Below are positions 23,884 through 34,577 of a stretch of DNA of 64,000 nucleotides, in pieces. The translations under genes were made by a program, and so were the position numbers. Source of the stretch: a virus; IMG/VR virus record IMGVR_UViG_3300043811_000021, positions 1 to 64,000 of that record; one strand, written 5' to 3'. The notes under the pieces are model-generated. The model was not told where the DNA came from. It saw nothing but the letters and a program-made list of their open reading frames with translations, and made no database searches. Each line of letters starts with the position of its first letter. The stretch's first letter is position 1.

Positions 23884-24279
23884 TTATACCTTCCAATCGA
23901 GTACTACATCTTCCTTTTCAAAAGGCAGGGTAATTTTCCAAGAGTTAGTATTCGTAATTACCTTATCCCAACCATTGCACTCTATGTTGGAAATTAAGGT
24001 ACTCTCTTTGTCTTTTGATCTCGCCTTTACTTGCTCAAGAGTTTCTACTATTCCCCCGAGAAAATACATGCCGCTAGTTTTAGTTAGTTTTGAGTCTAAT
24101 TCATCTTCTTTGCGCTCACGAGTAGAAAATCTGAACCCATAAGGAGTAGATCCATGTCTCTCCATTATCCCGGAAACCATATCTTTGGCTTTTTCTACAT
24201 CCCATTCTTCAATAGGCTTTTCACTAGATTCAGAGAAAAATGTTCCTGGACTGTAAAATGTTACGAAATTCTTTTTCAT
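23884..24279 (-). CDS. Conserved phage hypothetical protein
   Basis: FVTFYSPGTFFSE...PYGFRF. Confidence 0.6.
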   Translation of the reverse strand: MKKNFVTFYSPGTFFSESSEKPIEEWDVEKAKDMVSGIMERHGSTPYGFRFSTRERKEDELDSKLTKTSGMYFLGGIVETLEQVKARSKDKESTLISNIECNGWDKVITNTNSWKITLPFEKEDVVLDWKV

Positions 24280-24484
24280 GCAGTTCTCCTGATCTTCTTT
24301 ATCGGTCCATAAGGGATGACAACTATACGCCTATCCTTGTGCGATTCCTTAAACGCCTCTACACGCTCCCGGATGTTATTCCATGTTCTCTCTGTGCAGA
24401 TCAATGTCTCTCCCTGCCATAGGTTCTTCAAAGCTAGTCCTAGTACATCCTTTGGCCTCTTTGTTACTCTCTTGCGTGTGTGGG

Positions 24485-25510
24485 TCATGCCAGTACCTCC
24501 GTTGGAGTCTGTAACCAAACCAATTGCTGAGGTTGAATAACTGTTTTCGGAGAAAACAAAACTCTTTCTCTCTTGTCCCATGATGCAGATACCGTACCGT
24601 CTGGGTGAACCACTGCGAAATATAGTTCCCCGTCTCGTAACTCCGGGTCATTATCCCTTGAATACATCGCTGGGATAGGACTCCCGTCCATATCCCATCC
24701 CGATAATGTCTTTATGGAGAATTGTCCTCCTCTTTCTGTATTCCAGAACCGTCTATGACCTCCAATTTCAAAAGAACTTATCCAGTTATTCGGCGCTCCC
24801 CATGCAGACATTAAAACAATAGGAGATTCGTGTACAGGTACGAAATCTTTGTCTAGCTGAGTAACTATAGAACTAAGTTCAACGGCCATCCTCTCCGCGT
24901 ATCCAACTTCGATTGGAACATTGTGATCGAATACTCCAAGAGGGAAGGTTTCAGAAAAAGAAACACTATACACACCAAATGACTCACACCATTTGATGAA
25001 CTTCTTCATCTCATCTACCGAGTCCACGTAACTAAAAAGAATATTGCAGTTGATCCGAACGAGTATTCCTGCCGCTTGGATCATCTTTACCGATTGTATA
25101 AATCGTTCGTTTGTCGCCCATTTCTCAGGATTTATTCGCATGACTTCTTGATTATTTCTCTCATCGTAATGGTGACGACTCAGGTTGACGTGAGTAATCC
25201 CAGCATCAACCAATTTTTCGACTAATTCTCCAGATATTCCACATCCGTTGCTATTCACAACCTTGCGGTGAAACGCTCTCTTTCCAACTTCTTCCAGAAC
25301 AAAAGAGATTCGCCTACTTAGTGTAGGCTCTCCCCCCGTCACTTGTATCGAACCATTGTGTTTCTGAGTGAAGTCTAGCCCGTATTCTAATCCTTCCGAG
25401 AATCCAGGACCATCGCCCCTCCCAATTGTGGGAGCAATGCAGAACGGGCAGGATGCGTTGCAAGCTGCGGTTATATCCACATATAGATTGAATCCATTAT
25501 CTACTCTCAT
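24485..25510 (-). CDS. Radical SAM enzyme
   Basis: CNASCPFC (CxxxCxxC), TGGEPT, NLSRHH, V.PDG. Confidence 0.85.
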   Translation of the reverse strand: MRVDNGFNLYVDITAACNASCPFCIAPTIGRGDGPGFSEGLEYGLDFTQKHNGSIQVTGGEPTLSRRISFVLEEVGKRAFHRKVVNSNGCGISGELVEKLVDAGITHVNLSRHHYDERNNQEVMRINPEKWATNERFIQSVKMIQAAGILVRINCNILFSYVDSVDEMKKFIKWCESFGVYSVSFSETFPLGVFDHNVPIEVGYAERMAVELSSIVTQLDKDFVPVHESPIVLMSAWGAPNNWISSFEIGGHRRFWNTERGGQFSIKTLSGWDMDGSPIPAMYSRDNDPELRDGELYFAVVHPDGTVSASWDKRERVLFSPKTVIQPQQLVWLQTPTEVLA

Positions 25511-25825
25511 GGTTTTTCCTCCTCTACCTTTGGCTCTTCAATCAGAGGGTCAACCATATCCAAACCGATGAGCATCATATTGAGCGTTTGCCGTATGGTT
25601 TCAATCTGGCTCTTACGTTGATTATTGCGGTGAATCTGCTCGAATGCTTCCACTATGTTGAATGTTGTTCCAGACTTTATTGTTCTGTCGTAGGAGTAGT
25701 ACCCGCTTTTATTTCCTACAGTTTTCCCTGCCAGAAAGTCTATCTCTCGGTAGTCGAGTTCTGCCAGAAAATTCCCGTCTCCAATTGTTGCTATGATCTT
25801 CATCGTTTCCTCTCCCAAGGTGTTA

Positions 25826-26026
25826 ATGCGCGGGCCGGATTGGATACCGGCATGTGATCCCCTTCCCGAACAGGTTAGCGATGCTTTGCCTCTTTATACA
25901 GACCTGCCGAATATCCGTTAACTGGACCGGCTACCGTGTAGGCATTTGACAGTACTTAGGCCGTATCCGTCGGATCACTATAACGGTTTGCTTTCAAATT
26001 AGCGTGTTCTCCACGCCGCCGCGCAT
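25826..26026 (-). ncRNA. tRNA-like structured RNA with a large central insert
   Basis: ATGCGCGG/CCGCGCAT terminal stem, GCGTG-GAGAA-CACGC arm, GCCGG-TATCCAAT-CCGGC T-arm-like hairpin; intergenic. Confidence 0.5.
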
Positions 26027-26057
26027 CTCCCCGTGACTCCCCAAGCCACGGAAACTG

Positions 26058-27242
26058 TTAGAAATCGCTACTCCCGCCACCGAAGTCACTTCCACCGCCT
26101 CCAAAATCAGACGATGAAGATGAGTCACTATAACTACTGCTCCCACCGAAATCGCTCGAAGATGAGCTATCACTCCAACTACTCGACGGAGGCGTGTAAC
26201 TCGGCTCAGGTGAACGATATGTGTCGTGGTACACAACCGGCTCCTCAATAATAATCGGAGTCGAGATATACGAAGGCTGGTAACTTGGCTGGTAGTTTTC
26301 GTGTATCACTGTTGTAGTGTGGTGATGCTCTACAACTTCTGTCGGTGGGGTAGACTCAGGCGAAGTCTCTGGAGTCGTGTCTACCTTTGGCGCGTGATGG
26401 TTGCTCTTTGTCTTCACCTTAGTACCTGCCGTACTAGCCATTCTGGTCAGATTGTCGTATCTCACGGCGATAGAGTTGTACTGTCCCACCGATAGTCCAT
26501 TTGTGTCTGGGTTGAATGTCTCGCTGTTAGATAATTTAGCGAATTGCTCTGCTACGTAGTCGTTAGAACTAGAATTAACAGCCTCTGCCGCCTGATTCCT
26601 AGCCTGTACAGCCCTTTGCTGCGCGTCAATGGACTCTCTACGCCTATTTCGGTAGTAGACAACCAATCCCCACACTCCGATAAGGAAAATAGTAACTACT
26701 CCCCAGCCAAGCACTTTCCATAATCCAGAAAAGTCAGTAGGCTGCTGAGTGACTACCGTGGTTCCCGGATGTAAGGCCGAAGTTTGAAACGCTTCAATTT
26801 GTACGCCTGCCTCATTGATCCCTGAAATCAAGCCTCTGGCCCAATCTCCATCCTTGAACGCAGGAGCCATGAACTGACTCCTAATAGCAGATGTATTCAA
26901 TGCCTTTCCAAACTCATTTCCGACAAACACCCCCATCTTGTGATGCTTCGGAAATACAAGGAAAACTACCAGATTGTTCTTCACTCCTCCGCTTGCGGAT
27001 TGCCATGAAGAGCATGAACGCCGAGCAGACTCTACATATTGCTCTGGAGTGATGCTCGGATCGTCAACAATCACCTTGGGGTCCGCTCCCTTAGATGCAA
27101 GCGAAATGATCGCCGCATTAACGTCAAACTTCTTACTTCCAAGAACGTTGGTGTTGTCAGTAATTGGCGCATTGCAGTCAGGCGTTTGCGCATAGGCGCA
27201 ATATCCTACAAAAAACAGAATCGTAAGTAATACTTCCCTCAC
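26058..27242 (-). CDS. TPM domain (YgcG-like) membrane protein
   Basis: Signal peptide, ITDNTNVL, MAPAFKDGDWARGL..G, one TM helix, Ser/Gly tail DFGGGGSDFGGGSSDF. Confidence 0.8.
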   Translation of the reverse strand: MREVLLTILFFVGYCAYAQTPDCNAPITDNTNVLGSKKFDVNAAIISLASKGADPKVIVDDPSITPEQYVESARRSCSSWQSASGGVKNNLVVFLVFPKHHKMGVFVGNEFGKALNTSAIRSQFMAPAFKDGDWARGLISGINEAGVQIEAFQTSALHPGTTVVTQQPTDFSGLWKVLGWGVVTIFLIGVWGLVVYYRNRRRESIDAQQRAVQARNQAAEAVNSSSNDYVAEQFAKLSNSETFNPDTNGLSVGQYNSIAVRYDNLTRMASTAGTKVKTKSNHHAPKVDTTPETSPESTPPTEVVEHHHTTTVIHENYQPSYQPSYISTPIIIEEPVVYHDTYRSPEPSYTPPSSSWSDSSSSSDFGGSSSYSDSSSSSDFGGGGSDFGGGSSDF

Positions 27243-27901
27243 TTTGAATCTCCCTTCAAAGAGGCTAGAAGCGCATCCACTTCATCGCTATTGCTATCGT
27301 CTGCCGGTACAGACGCTATCGACTGATCAAATTTCGCGTTGGCTACGTCGTTACGTCTACGCATCCTGCTTTCCAAGTCATCAACAGATTCAGACCCAAC
27401 ACTACCAACCAACGATCCAGCAGCACTCAAAGCCGATGCCGCAGATTCCTTCGCCTTGCTATCGCGGTCAATGCGCTCAAGTTCTCTTACGCGAGAAACC
27501 ATCAAGTCATGCTTGGTCTGGAGATTAGACACAGCCAAAGCTAGTTCGTCCGCTACCTTTTGCTGCGCAACAATATCTACTCCCATCTGCTCAAAGTGTT
27601 TCTGGTTTTGAACAATCAGAGCAGCCTTACTCTTTGCTAGTTCTGGGTTGGTTGCCAGAATCTTCTTGACTGCCTCTTTATCAGCAGCAATCTTCGCTCC
27701 CAAGTCTCCGTACTCCCTGGTTAGAGTTCTCACTCCACCAAACTGAACAGCGGCCTCGGAGTTCATCTTGCCTATTGCATCCTCAAGGTCTCTGACGTAC
27801 TGCCTTAAAAGAGAAGGCGAGTTCATATTTATTTCTTTGTCCAAAAGATCGTGCGCTGCTCCCAATGTTACAGCGCGTAGTTTTTGAAAAAATCCGCTCA
27901 T
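27239..27901 (-). CDS. PspA/IM30 family protein
   Basis: About 220 aa all-helical; GFFQKL amphipathic N-terminus, P..LL.QY.RDLE, C-terminal VDALLASLK. Confidence 0.75.
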   Translation of the reverse strand: MSGFFQKLRAVTLGAAHDLLDKEINMNSPSLLRQYVRDLEDAIGKMNSEAAVQFGGVRTLTREYGDLGAKIAADKEAVKKILATNPELAKSKAALIVQNQKHFEQMGVDIVAQQKVADELALAVSNLQTKHDLMVSRVRELERIDRDSKAKESAASALSAAGSLVGSVGSESVDDLESRMRRRNDVANAKFDQSIASVPADDSNSDEVDALLASLKGDSK

Positions 27902-28202
27902 TTTTCTCTCCCGGTTATTCGTGAATTGTTTCGTCGATTGTTTTTGCCCATTCAATTAGCTGCAAGTTAGTTGCTCCGCAACTTCCTGCGCACCCGCGCA
28001 TTTCGCTGATCACATCCTCTAGGTCACTTACAATGCTATCTGGAATAACTTCAACTTCTACCGTAGCCTTTCCTCGGTTGAATAGGTTCTCGAAGAAATT
28101 TGTGAAAGCGGCAAGGACGATTATTGCAACAAGAAGTCCTTCCCCGCCTTCCGTGATGATCTTGTAGATCGCTTCTGGCCACTGCATTTTTATCTCTCCC
28201 GG

Positions 28203-29336
28203 TTAGAACTCGAATCCTGGCTGAGTCTGTCCTGTTTGTGATGGTTGTTCCTCTGTTACCTGCGGTTCCTGTTGCGTCTCAGTTTCTGTCTCAGTATCTA
28301 TCTTCTTTGGCCGTCCCGGTCCACGCTTCCCTTCTGGTTTTACCTCATCCTTTGCAGGTTCTGGTTTTTCCTCTGCTTGCGTAGATGCTTGCTCCGTAAC
28401 TTTGGATTCAGTCTTTTGTTCTGTCTTTACATTAACTCCACTTATAGGTTCTGTTTGCTTGCGTAGATATGCGAGTAATTCGACAGAGCGTCCAACGTAC
28501 CCTTCTCTTTGAGCCTTTCGTCTCGCCGCATTGTAGCCTAGCTTATCAAACAGTTCCGTCAATTCCTTTTCGTAAGGATCGCCAAATGCCTCTTCGAGCG
28601 TACTCTCGCCATCCTTCAAAGAGTTAAACAATCCTCGCAGAGCAATTAACTCCTCTACTCCAAGGTCATTGATTCCTTGCACTCCAAGAGTGTTGTATAT
28701 CTGATCCTCAGATACTCCAATCTTTGCTCCATACTCGATTGCTAGTCTGCGCTTTTCGGCAATGCTTTGCGTTCCGCCAATAGCAGTCATCTTTGCTTTT
28801 TCAAGAATATCTTTCCATAAAGCCTGCGGGATTGAGCCAGTGACAGCATTACGGTAGGCTAGTGATGCAGATGCGTTTCCAGTAGTTTGGATCATATCGG
28901 CGTTATAGCGCCTTCCGTTACTGTCTGTAATACGGCGCTTCGTCTTGACTTTACCAACAATGTTCCTTTGCAAGTCCATAAACACGCCTTCGCCGGTTAC
29001 AAACTCGCTATCAACGTCTGAGATTTGCTTACCCCAGCGTACATGGCCCCAGCAATAGCACAGGACTTCGGCAAAGCGAATAGATGGACCTTGAATTAGC
29101 TTTACGTTTCCAGACTTATCCTTGCGCTTCAGAGTATAAAACGATTCCTCGGCAATGCTCTGGTTAAGAGTGATTAAGCTCTCAAGTTCCTTACGAACTT
29201 TTTCAATTGAGCGCGGATGCTGCATTGCGAATTCAACTTGCATGTTAATCTCTGATTTTGTCAGAGCATCCATGCTTCCTATTGTCGTTATCGATACTTC
29301 ATCGCTTGGGGTTAGAATCTCTGGTTCGCTTGCCAT
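28203..29336 (-). CDS. Putative recombination / ssDNA-annealing protein
   Basis: EI.MQV..A..HPR, GPSIRFAE motifs; acidic C-terminus; in the same unit as the exonuclease and SbcC-like ATPase. Confidence 0.5.
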   Translation of the reverse strand: MASEPEILTPSDEVSITTIGSMDALTKSEINMQVEFAMQHPRSIEKVRKELESLITLNQSIAEESFYTLKRKDKSGNVKLIQGPSIRFAEVLCYCWGHVRWGKQISDVDSEFVTGEGVFMDLQRNIVGKVKTKRRITDSNGRRYNADMIQTTGNASASLAYRNAVTGSIPQALWKDILEKAKMTAIGGTQSIAEKRRLAIEYGAKIGVSEDQIYNTLGVQGINDLGVEELIALRGLFNSLKDGESTLEEAFGDPYEKELTELFDKLGYNAARRKAQREGYVGRSVELLAYLRKQTEPISGVNVKTEQKTESKVTEQASTQAEEKPEPAKDEVKPEGKRGPGRPKKIDTETETETQQEPQVTEEQPSQTGQTQPGFEF

Positions 29337-29359
29337 TTATTTCCTCTTTTCTTCTGGTG

Positions 29360-29956
29360 TTAGCAACTACATGAAAAAAACGTTGGTCTGTTCTTAATTT
29401 TCTTCCCTGTCACAACCTCAAAGTGATCCCAAAACTCAGATGGAATTTCGCCGTGTGCGTCTTGTCCTCCGAAGTGTAAATACTCATCACCTTCACAATT
29501 CATCGCCGCCGCCATCACAGCTTCATATCCGGGGCAATCAGCATTAGCGCAGAATTCTCGTAACCACTTCTCAGACTTACCAGTAAGCCTCTCCGCAACC
29601 CTACGAGCGTTCTCCCTGTCGGCTTCGGTAATTGGCGGAAGTTCTGAGTCAGGAAAAGCAGGGTGTGTCCACACATGCCGTAGAGAAGTGATCTGACGGG
29701 GATAGACTACAAGCCAAAAATGCTCACCCTTCTTTACATAGCCTTTGATGAAAGGGTCGACAATCCCTACTGGGTTTTCACACTTTCCAACTCCACCATC
29801 TACAAATCCAACATCCTCTCCCGGACTCAACCTTTGCGCGGCCACAGCAGGCTCTACTGCAAGATGAATTGCATCCCGTCCCTGTCCGGGTCCGATGATC
29901 GTCCCTAATGTCTCAAGAGCGTCGGTAGATACGCTCCGCTTGTCTGCGTGTCCCAT
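29360..29956 (-). CDS. Conserved phage hypothetical protein
   Basis: RDAIHLAV, GIVDPF, ITSLRHVWTHPAF, terminal FSCSC. Confidence 0.65.
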   Translation of the reverse strand: MGHADKRSVSTDALETLGTIIGPGQGRDAIHLAVEPAVAAQRLSPGEDVGFVDGGVGKCENPVGIVDPFIKGYVKKGEHFWLVVYPRQITSLRHVWTHPAFPDSELPPITEADRENARRVAERLTGKSEKWLREFCANADCPGYEAVMAAAMNCEGDEYLHFGGQDAHGEIPSEFWDHFEVVTGKKIKNRPTFFSCSC

Positions 29957-30271
29957 CTATCCCTCTCCCTTTTCTTGCTCTGGCTCATCAACCGTAACAA
30001 TAGCCGCATCCTTAAACGGAGGCTTCAACTCCAATGTCGATTCCCTATTCGCATCCGTTATATCTATCGTTGTAAGTCGGCTTACCGTCCTAATCATGTG
30101 GTCGTTCCCGCACAAATGAAGCCCCTCTTTCATAGCTTTTACAGGGCACTCATCCCACTCGTATATGTGCGTTCCGACTGTATCCTTGTGGACTACGAAC
30201 CAGTGATTCGTCTCTGTTCGCGGAATTCCACAATCGCGAAAATCACACGTTGGCGCTGATCCTAATGCCAT
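29957..30271 (-). CDS. Small Cys/His zinc-binding protein
   Basis: CD...CG....TNHWFV...HLCG. Confidence 0.55.
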   Translation of the reverse strand: MALGSAPTCDFRDCGIPRTETNHWFVVHKDTVGTHIYEWDECPVKAMKEGLHLCGNDHMIRTVSRLTTIDITDANRESTLELKPPFKDAAIVTVDEPEQEKGEG

Positions 30272-30279
30272 AGTATTTA

Positions 30280-30543
30280 TTATACTCCTTTCTCTGCGAT
30301 TTTACTCACAGAATTTACCACATCCCCAAACGTCTTCCACTCGTCTGAGATTTCATCGTCTACCTCTGCGTCGTCAAGGATCATGTCCTCAATGTCCATC
30401 GTTAGTTCAACTATATCCAGTGAGTCAAGTCCTAAGTCTTCCCGCAGATCAGCGTTATCGGTTATCTCATCTTTCGGTACAGAGACTCCGATTTCTTCGA
30501 TCAATATGTGTTTGATGCGATCTTCCAGTGTCTGGGTTGTCAT
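30280..30543 (-). CDS. acpP: Acyl carrier protein
   Basis: 87 aa acidic protein with DLGLDSLDIVEL phosphopantetheine attachment motif. Confidence 0.85.
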   Translation of the reverse strand: MTTQTLEDRIKHILIEEIGVSVPKDEITDNADLREDLGLDSLDIVELTMDIEDMILDDAEVDDEISDEWKTFGDVVNSVSKIAEKGV

Positions 30544-31083
30544 CTGTACCTATCTCCCCTAATTTCTCCGCAAATATGGCATATTGTGTGATTGGTATAC
30601 GCGCTCTCTCCCCACGGGTACTGGTGATCGCAGGCTTTCAGAAGAGGGTCCAAGTTTTCTTTCTCCCAGAGCATTCTCTCTTCGTCGTGTTTTCTTCTCA
30701 AAGCCTCTCTGTCGGCTCTCGCATCTCTGATTGCTTTGATCTGTTCGTTAGTCACGTCTACCTCCCGGTTTCTGATTAGAGAAAGGATCAATCACCTTAC
30801 CGCATCGGGTGCAAACCAAAATTTCTTTTGAGAACGACAAGACACGCCCATCTACAGGTTCCCTATCTTGCCACTCTCTCTTTAATGACAAGAAGTTATG
30901 ATCTTCCGCTGGCGATATATTACATTTTGTCTGATCTTTCATGTTTACTATCCCCCGGTTTGGTAATAAGTTTGTTTTCATGGATACGCGCAAAAAGTGC
31001 CGCGTATTCATTCTCATGTGGACGGACGTAATTGTAATACGTCCCGTTTTCTCGCGTTGTGACCCAATGCTCTGGCTTCATTC

Positions 31084-31533
31084 CTACCTCTTACTCGCAA
31101 GAAGTTCCTTCAGTTGCGGAAGTTTCGTATGCACCTTCTTAGGATCAGGATCGATTGACCCGTCTTCACGCATACGCTGCAAAGCCTTCAGTGCTACGAT
31201 TACACGTCCGCGAGGACCGTTTTCTCTGTATTCCTCTCCAAGATCGCTCGGCCAAGAATCAACATAGTCAAATAAGTCGGCATTGCGAGGTATTCCGAGT
31301 TGCTTTGCTCCATCTCCTCTAGGGTCAATAACTGGATCGCTTTCGTCATCTATCCATTTATTAAATTTCCTCAGTCCTACACTACGGATAGAACAGAACC
31401 CTGCCAAACAGCATACCGTTCCGCAATCTTCTTTGTCTCCAAAAGTCTGTTGATTATAACGCTTCTTATTGGCCACCAAATCATCAGCCAACTGCCGAAT
31501 ACCAGCCTTATTCAATGTGCTTCGTTTTCCCAT
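31084..31533 (-). CDS. Hypothetical protein
   Basis: CGTVCCLAG motif; AGGAG RBS. Confidence 0.55.
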   Translation of the reverse strand: MGKRSTLNKAGIRQLADDLVANKKRYNQQTFGDKEDCGTVCCLAGFCSIRSVGLRKFNKWIDDESDPVIDPRGDGAKQLGIPRNADLFDYVDSWPSDLGEEYRENGPRGRVIVALKALQRMREDGSIDPDPKKVHTKLPQLKELLASKR

Positions 31534-31544
31534 ATTTCTCTCCT

Positions 31545-32687
31545 TTAGAATGCCAGTACATCTTGGAAATTAAATTCCCTTGTCCGCTTCAACTTCAACG
31601 TTGCAGTGTACCCATCTTCGTTTGTAAAAACAGATACTCCCTTTTCCGCATCCAGTTTAACCAGATGCCCCGGCTCAAACAAGACTGTTGTGTAGTCTCC
31701 CTCGTCTTTGTCTTCATGTTTCTTGAAATAATCCAGCCTGAATTGCTTTTGCAGCGGATTCCCAAACCACTGTCCACTACCATCAAGGTCTTCATCTGGT
31801 ATTTGAGTTCCGTTAAGACTCAAAGAGAATGAGTAGTTATTCTCCCCTTGCGTATCCGGTTTCGCGTTTAGCATCCTAAGCGCATCTTTTGGTGACTCCC
31901 CATAACGATTCATTTCCTCCACAAGAGCCTGTAAAAGATCAAATGTAAATATATTAAACATCAGAGACACTTTGCACACCTGCTCAGTGTACTCTTGTGC
32001 ATTCAAATTATCTGCACAGTACGAACGAATAAACTCTACATCAACCCCATTGTATTCCAAAAAATAAAATAATCTCCCTGGACGATTCTTCATGTGAATA
32101 TCTACACGCCACTTATCATTACAGGTAAGAATATACAGTTTCTTTCCGCCATATATCCCATCAAGCAATGTGAGAATCTTCTCCTGGTCGTCTTTATCAA
32201 ATACCTTTTCAAACTCATCAAACAGAACAATGCACGGCTGAGTTATCATGTTAAGCAGAGTATTAAACCCATCTCCGTTAAAAGGGGAATTGACGATTAT
32301 TGTAGGTATTCCTTGATTAGTCCCTTCCTTGCTAATCATCTTTGCAAGCATAGTCTTTCCCGATCCCTTATCTCCGCAAAGCAAAACTCCTGTACCCCCC
32401 GGACGCAGATTAAAGGTATTCAACACACGGATCGCATCTTTACCGTGATTCCCGTACACCTTACTTGGCAGAGAAAATTCATCCATCTGGTCAAGGTAAA
32501 AGTTCCCGGATGAATCTACCTTGACTACATAATTCCCTGCCGGGAGTTTGTCGTGCATATCCATCGCGCTCTCAGAACTCACGCGGAACTGCGTTCCCTG
32601 CTTCAAAAAGATACTATTCATCCCTCTCCCTTTCACATCCATCCGTGAATTTTGACGTAATGCCATACTATCCAAATTAGAAGACAA
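31545..32687 (-). CDS. AAA+ ATPase
   Basis: Walker A GDKGSGKT, Walker B VLFDEFEK, LLDG, NRPGR. Confidence 0.9.
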   Translation of the reverse strand: MSSNLDSMALRQNSRMDVKGRGMNSIFLKQGTQFRVSSESAMDMHDKLPAGNYVVKVDSSGNFYLDQMDEFSLPSKVYGNHGKDAIRVLNTFNLRPGGTGVLLCGDKGSGKTMLAKMISKEGTNQGIPTIIVNSPFNGDGFNTLLNMITQPCIVLFDEFEKVFDKDDQEKILTLLDGIYGGKKLYILTCNDKWRVDIHMKNRPGRLFYFLEYNGVDVEFIRSYCADNLNAQEYTEQVCKVSLMFNIFTFDLLQALVEEMNRYGESPKDALRMLNAKPDTQGENNYSFSLSLNGTQIPDEDLDGSGQWFGNPLQKQFRLDYFKKHEDKDEGDYTTVLFEPGHLVKLDAEKGVSVFTNEDGYTATLKLKRTREFNFQDVLAF

Positions 32688-33794
32688 TCAACAGCTAGTA
32701 AAATTAGTAATCCAATCACTGATTGTACACCAGAAAATTCCTCGCATTCCCCTTCTTTGTCGTGGAAAATTTTCCGTGGCATCTTACTCCCCTCGCGCCT
32801 TATCTAAAGCCTTTATCGCCATTGTTGCTCGCATGTCTCCAGATTGTAGGGTTTCGTAGGCTGTACCCTGTAATCTCTTGTGAAATTCTGATTGTTGTTT
32901 CCTTGGTCCATGATGCTTTGATCCTGGCATTTTCTCTCCTTACCAACTGTTATAAAACCTGATAATCTTCACATCTGGAGGCAGTATAGTTATATCTACC
33001 TCGTATCCTTCGCGCCCATCTTTTTGGTACTCAGAGACACACGGATGACCAAGAATCCCAACCTCAACTCCCAAGGGATCAGGTTCCACTCCATCGAAGA
33101 AATCTGTAATACTACTCGGAATCAACACTCCCGCCACTTGGCAAGCATAGTACGCTCGTTTCATCTTCTGCCACTTCTCATCCGGTGGCCTGAACCCTAC
33201 TACATGTGTTGACATACTCATGGCTTAAGCTCCTTTTTTGTCTTCCCGATGTCTGCTAAGTATGCATACTCAACTAGAGTTGCGGCGATCAAGAAACTCG
33301 CGAGGCGCAGAGCATATACCCACCATCCAAAAGTTATAGGAATATCAAATGCAACCTCAAGAACAAGGTAAGCTCCTACATACAGAAAAACGCTCTTTGT
33401 TCGATTCCTGCGCATCATTACTCCCTCAAAGAATATTGTTGATCTTCGCGTACAAGTCTGCCCACGCCGCCGTTTTGCATTGGTTAAGATAATTTGACAT
33501 CGGGTTAGTAGAGTGTTCTGGCCACCGAGCGCCTCGGATAACTTCACTCAAAGCAAAATCTGAGAAATACTCTACCGTTTCTTCGCCTGAGGCCGGACGC
33601 CGCCCTTGAAGCCGTAGGACTTGTGTATACACTTCCAGCTTCGCTGCCTGCTCGTAAAGACTTCCAGACCACTCAAGCGCGTGAGCCGAGTTTTCGTCTA
33701 GTTTTTCCCGAAACTCTTTGATGTACTTTTCGGCATACTTCTTCCCTAGCTCGGCTTCACATTCCAGTTCTTCTAAAGTGATCAAGTGTCCCCC

Positions 33795-34166
33795 TCACCC
33801 TTCAATATTTTTGAACATCTCGACTTCCTGTAAAGCCAGTTTTCTGCCGATTTTGATTCCCCAATACAAGAATTCAAACTGCGGCTTAAACGCTTCCAAG
33901 TTGGCCAAGATTGCCTCTGAAATAGAGTCAGACGTACTATCCCCTTTTAGAGAATTACGCGCCATAAATTCCCCTACACTCTTCGCGCTCATAGCTGTCA
34001 TTAGGAAACCGCACAGGATACTTGCGTTAATTTTCTTATCTCTGACAATCTCCTCCACGATCTCCCGGAAGTCGCCCCCAACCGCTAAACCAAAGTTTTT
34101 GCGGGTGAATTCCTTGCTGGTCTCCATTTCCTCAACTAGCATCGCTCTGATTTTATTTCCCACCAT
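33795..34166 (-). CDS. Hypothetical protein, first gene of leftward unit
   Basis: ATG after GGAGGAGAGG; directly behind leftward promoter. Confidence 0.55.
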   Translation of the reverse strand: MVGNKIRAMLVEEMETSKEFTRKNFGLAVGGDFREIVEEIVRDKKINASILCGFLMTAMSAKSVGEFMARNSLKGDSTSDSISEAILANLEAFKPQFEFLYWGIKIGRKLALQEVEMFKNIEG

Positions 34167-34196
34167 CTTTTCCTCTCCTCCGACTTCAATGAACTC

Positions 34197-34225
34197 ACCA
34201 TAAACCAATATCCTGCGCATGTCAA
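34197..34225 (-). promoter_or_regulatory. Leftward sigma70-type promoter containing a GCGCAGGATAT box
   Basis: TTGACA-17 bp-TATGGT. Confidence 0.65.
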
Positions 34226-34381
34226 GAATAAAAAGTGTGGAATTTGAATTATTTTTTCTCGTTGATTCTATTATATTTACGTATATATATTCCACTTGTT
34301 ATTTTTATGATAATAACACATCTAGCGGCCAAAAGTAGGCGCAGGATAATGAAAGTAAAGGGCTTAACCAAAATTTAGGGC

Positions 34382-34410
34382 TTGACAACATTTTTTCGGT
34401 TTGGTAGGGT
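34382..34410 (+). promoter_or_regulatory. Rightward sigma70-type promoter of the replication unit
   Basis: TTGACA-17 bp-TAGGGT. Confidence 0.6.
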
Positions 34411-34577
34411 TGATTTGTCTAGCGACGGTTAGACACCTCCAGCCGGTGAAAAGTTCCAGGGGTCGTTCCAGCAGCGGCCCCTGAGCAACTTTAGGCTGAA
34501 GGGAATTCACCGGCAAACTTTTCTCTCCGCAATCATAATTTTTGCGCTGCGAGGAAATCCTTGCCCTTTGGGGCTTA

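Noticed and set aside
27902-28204. Repeated TAACCGGGAGAGA..AAAATG at gene junctions
   Set aside because: Explained by stop codon plus Shine-Dalgarno context.
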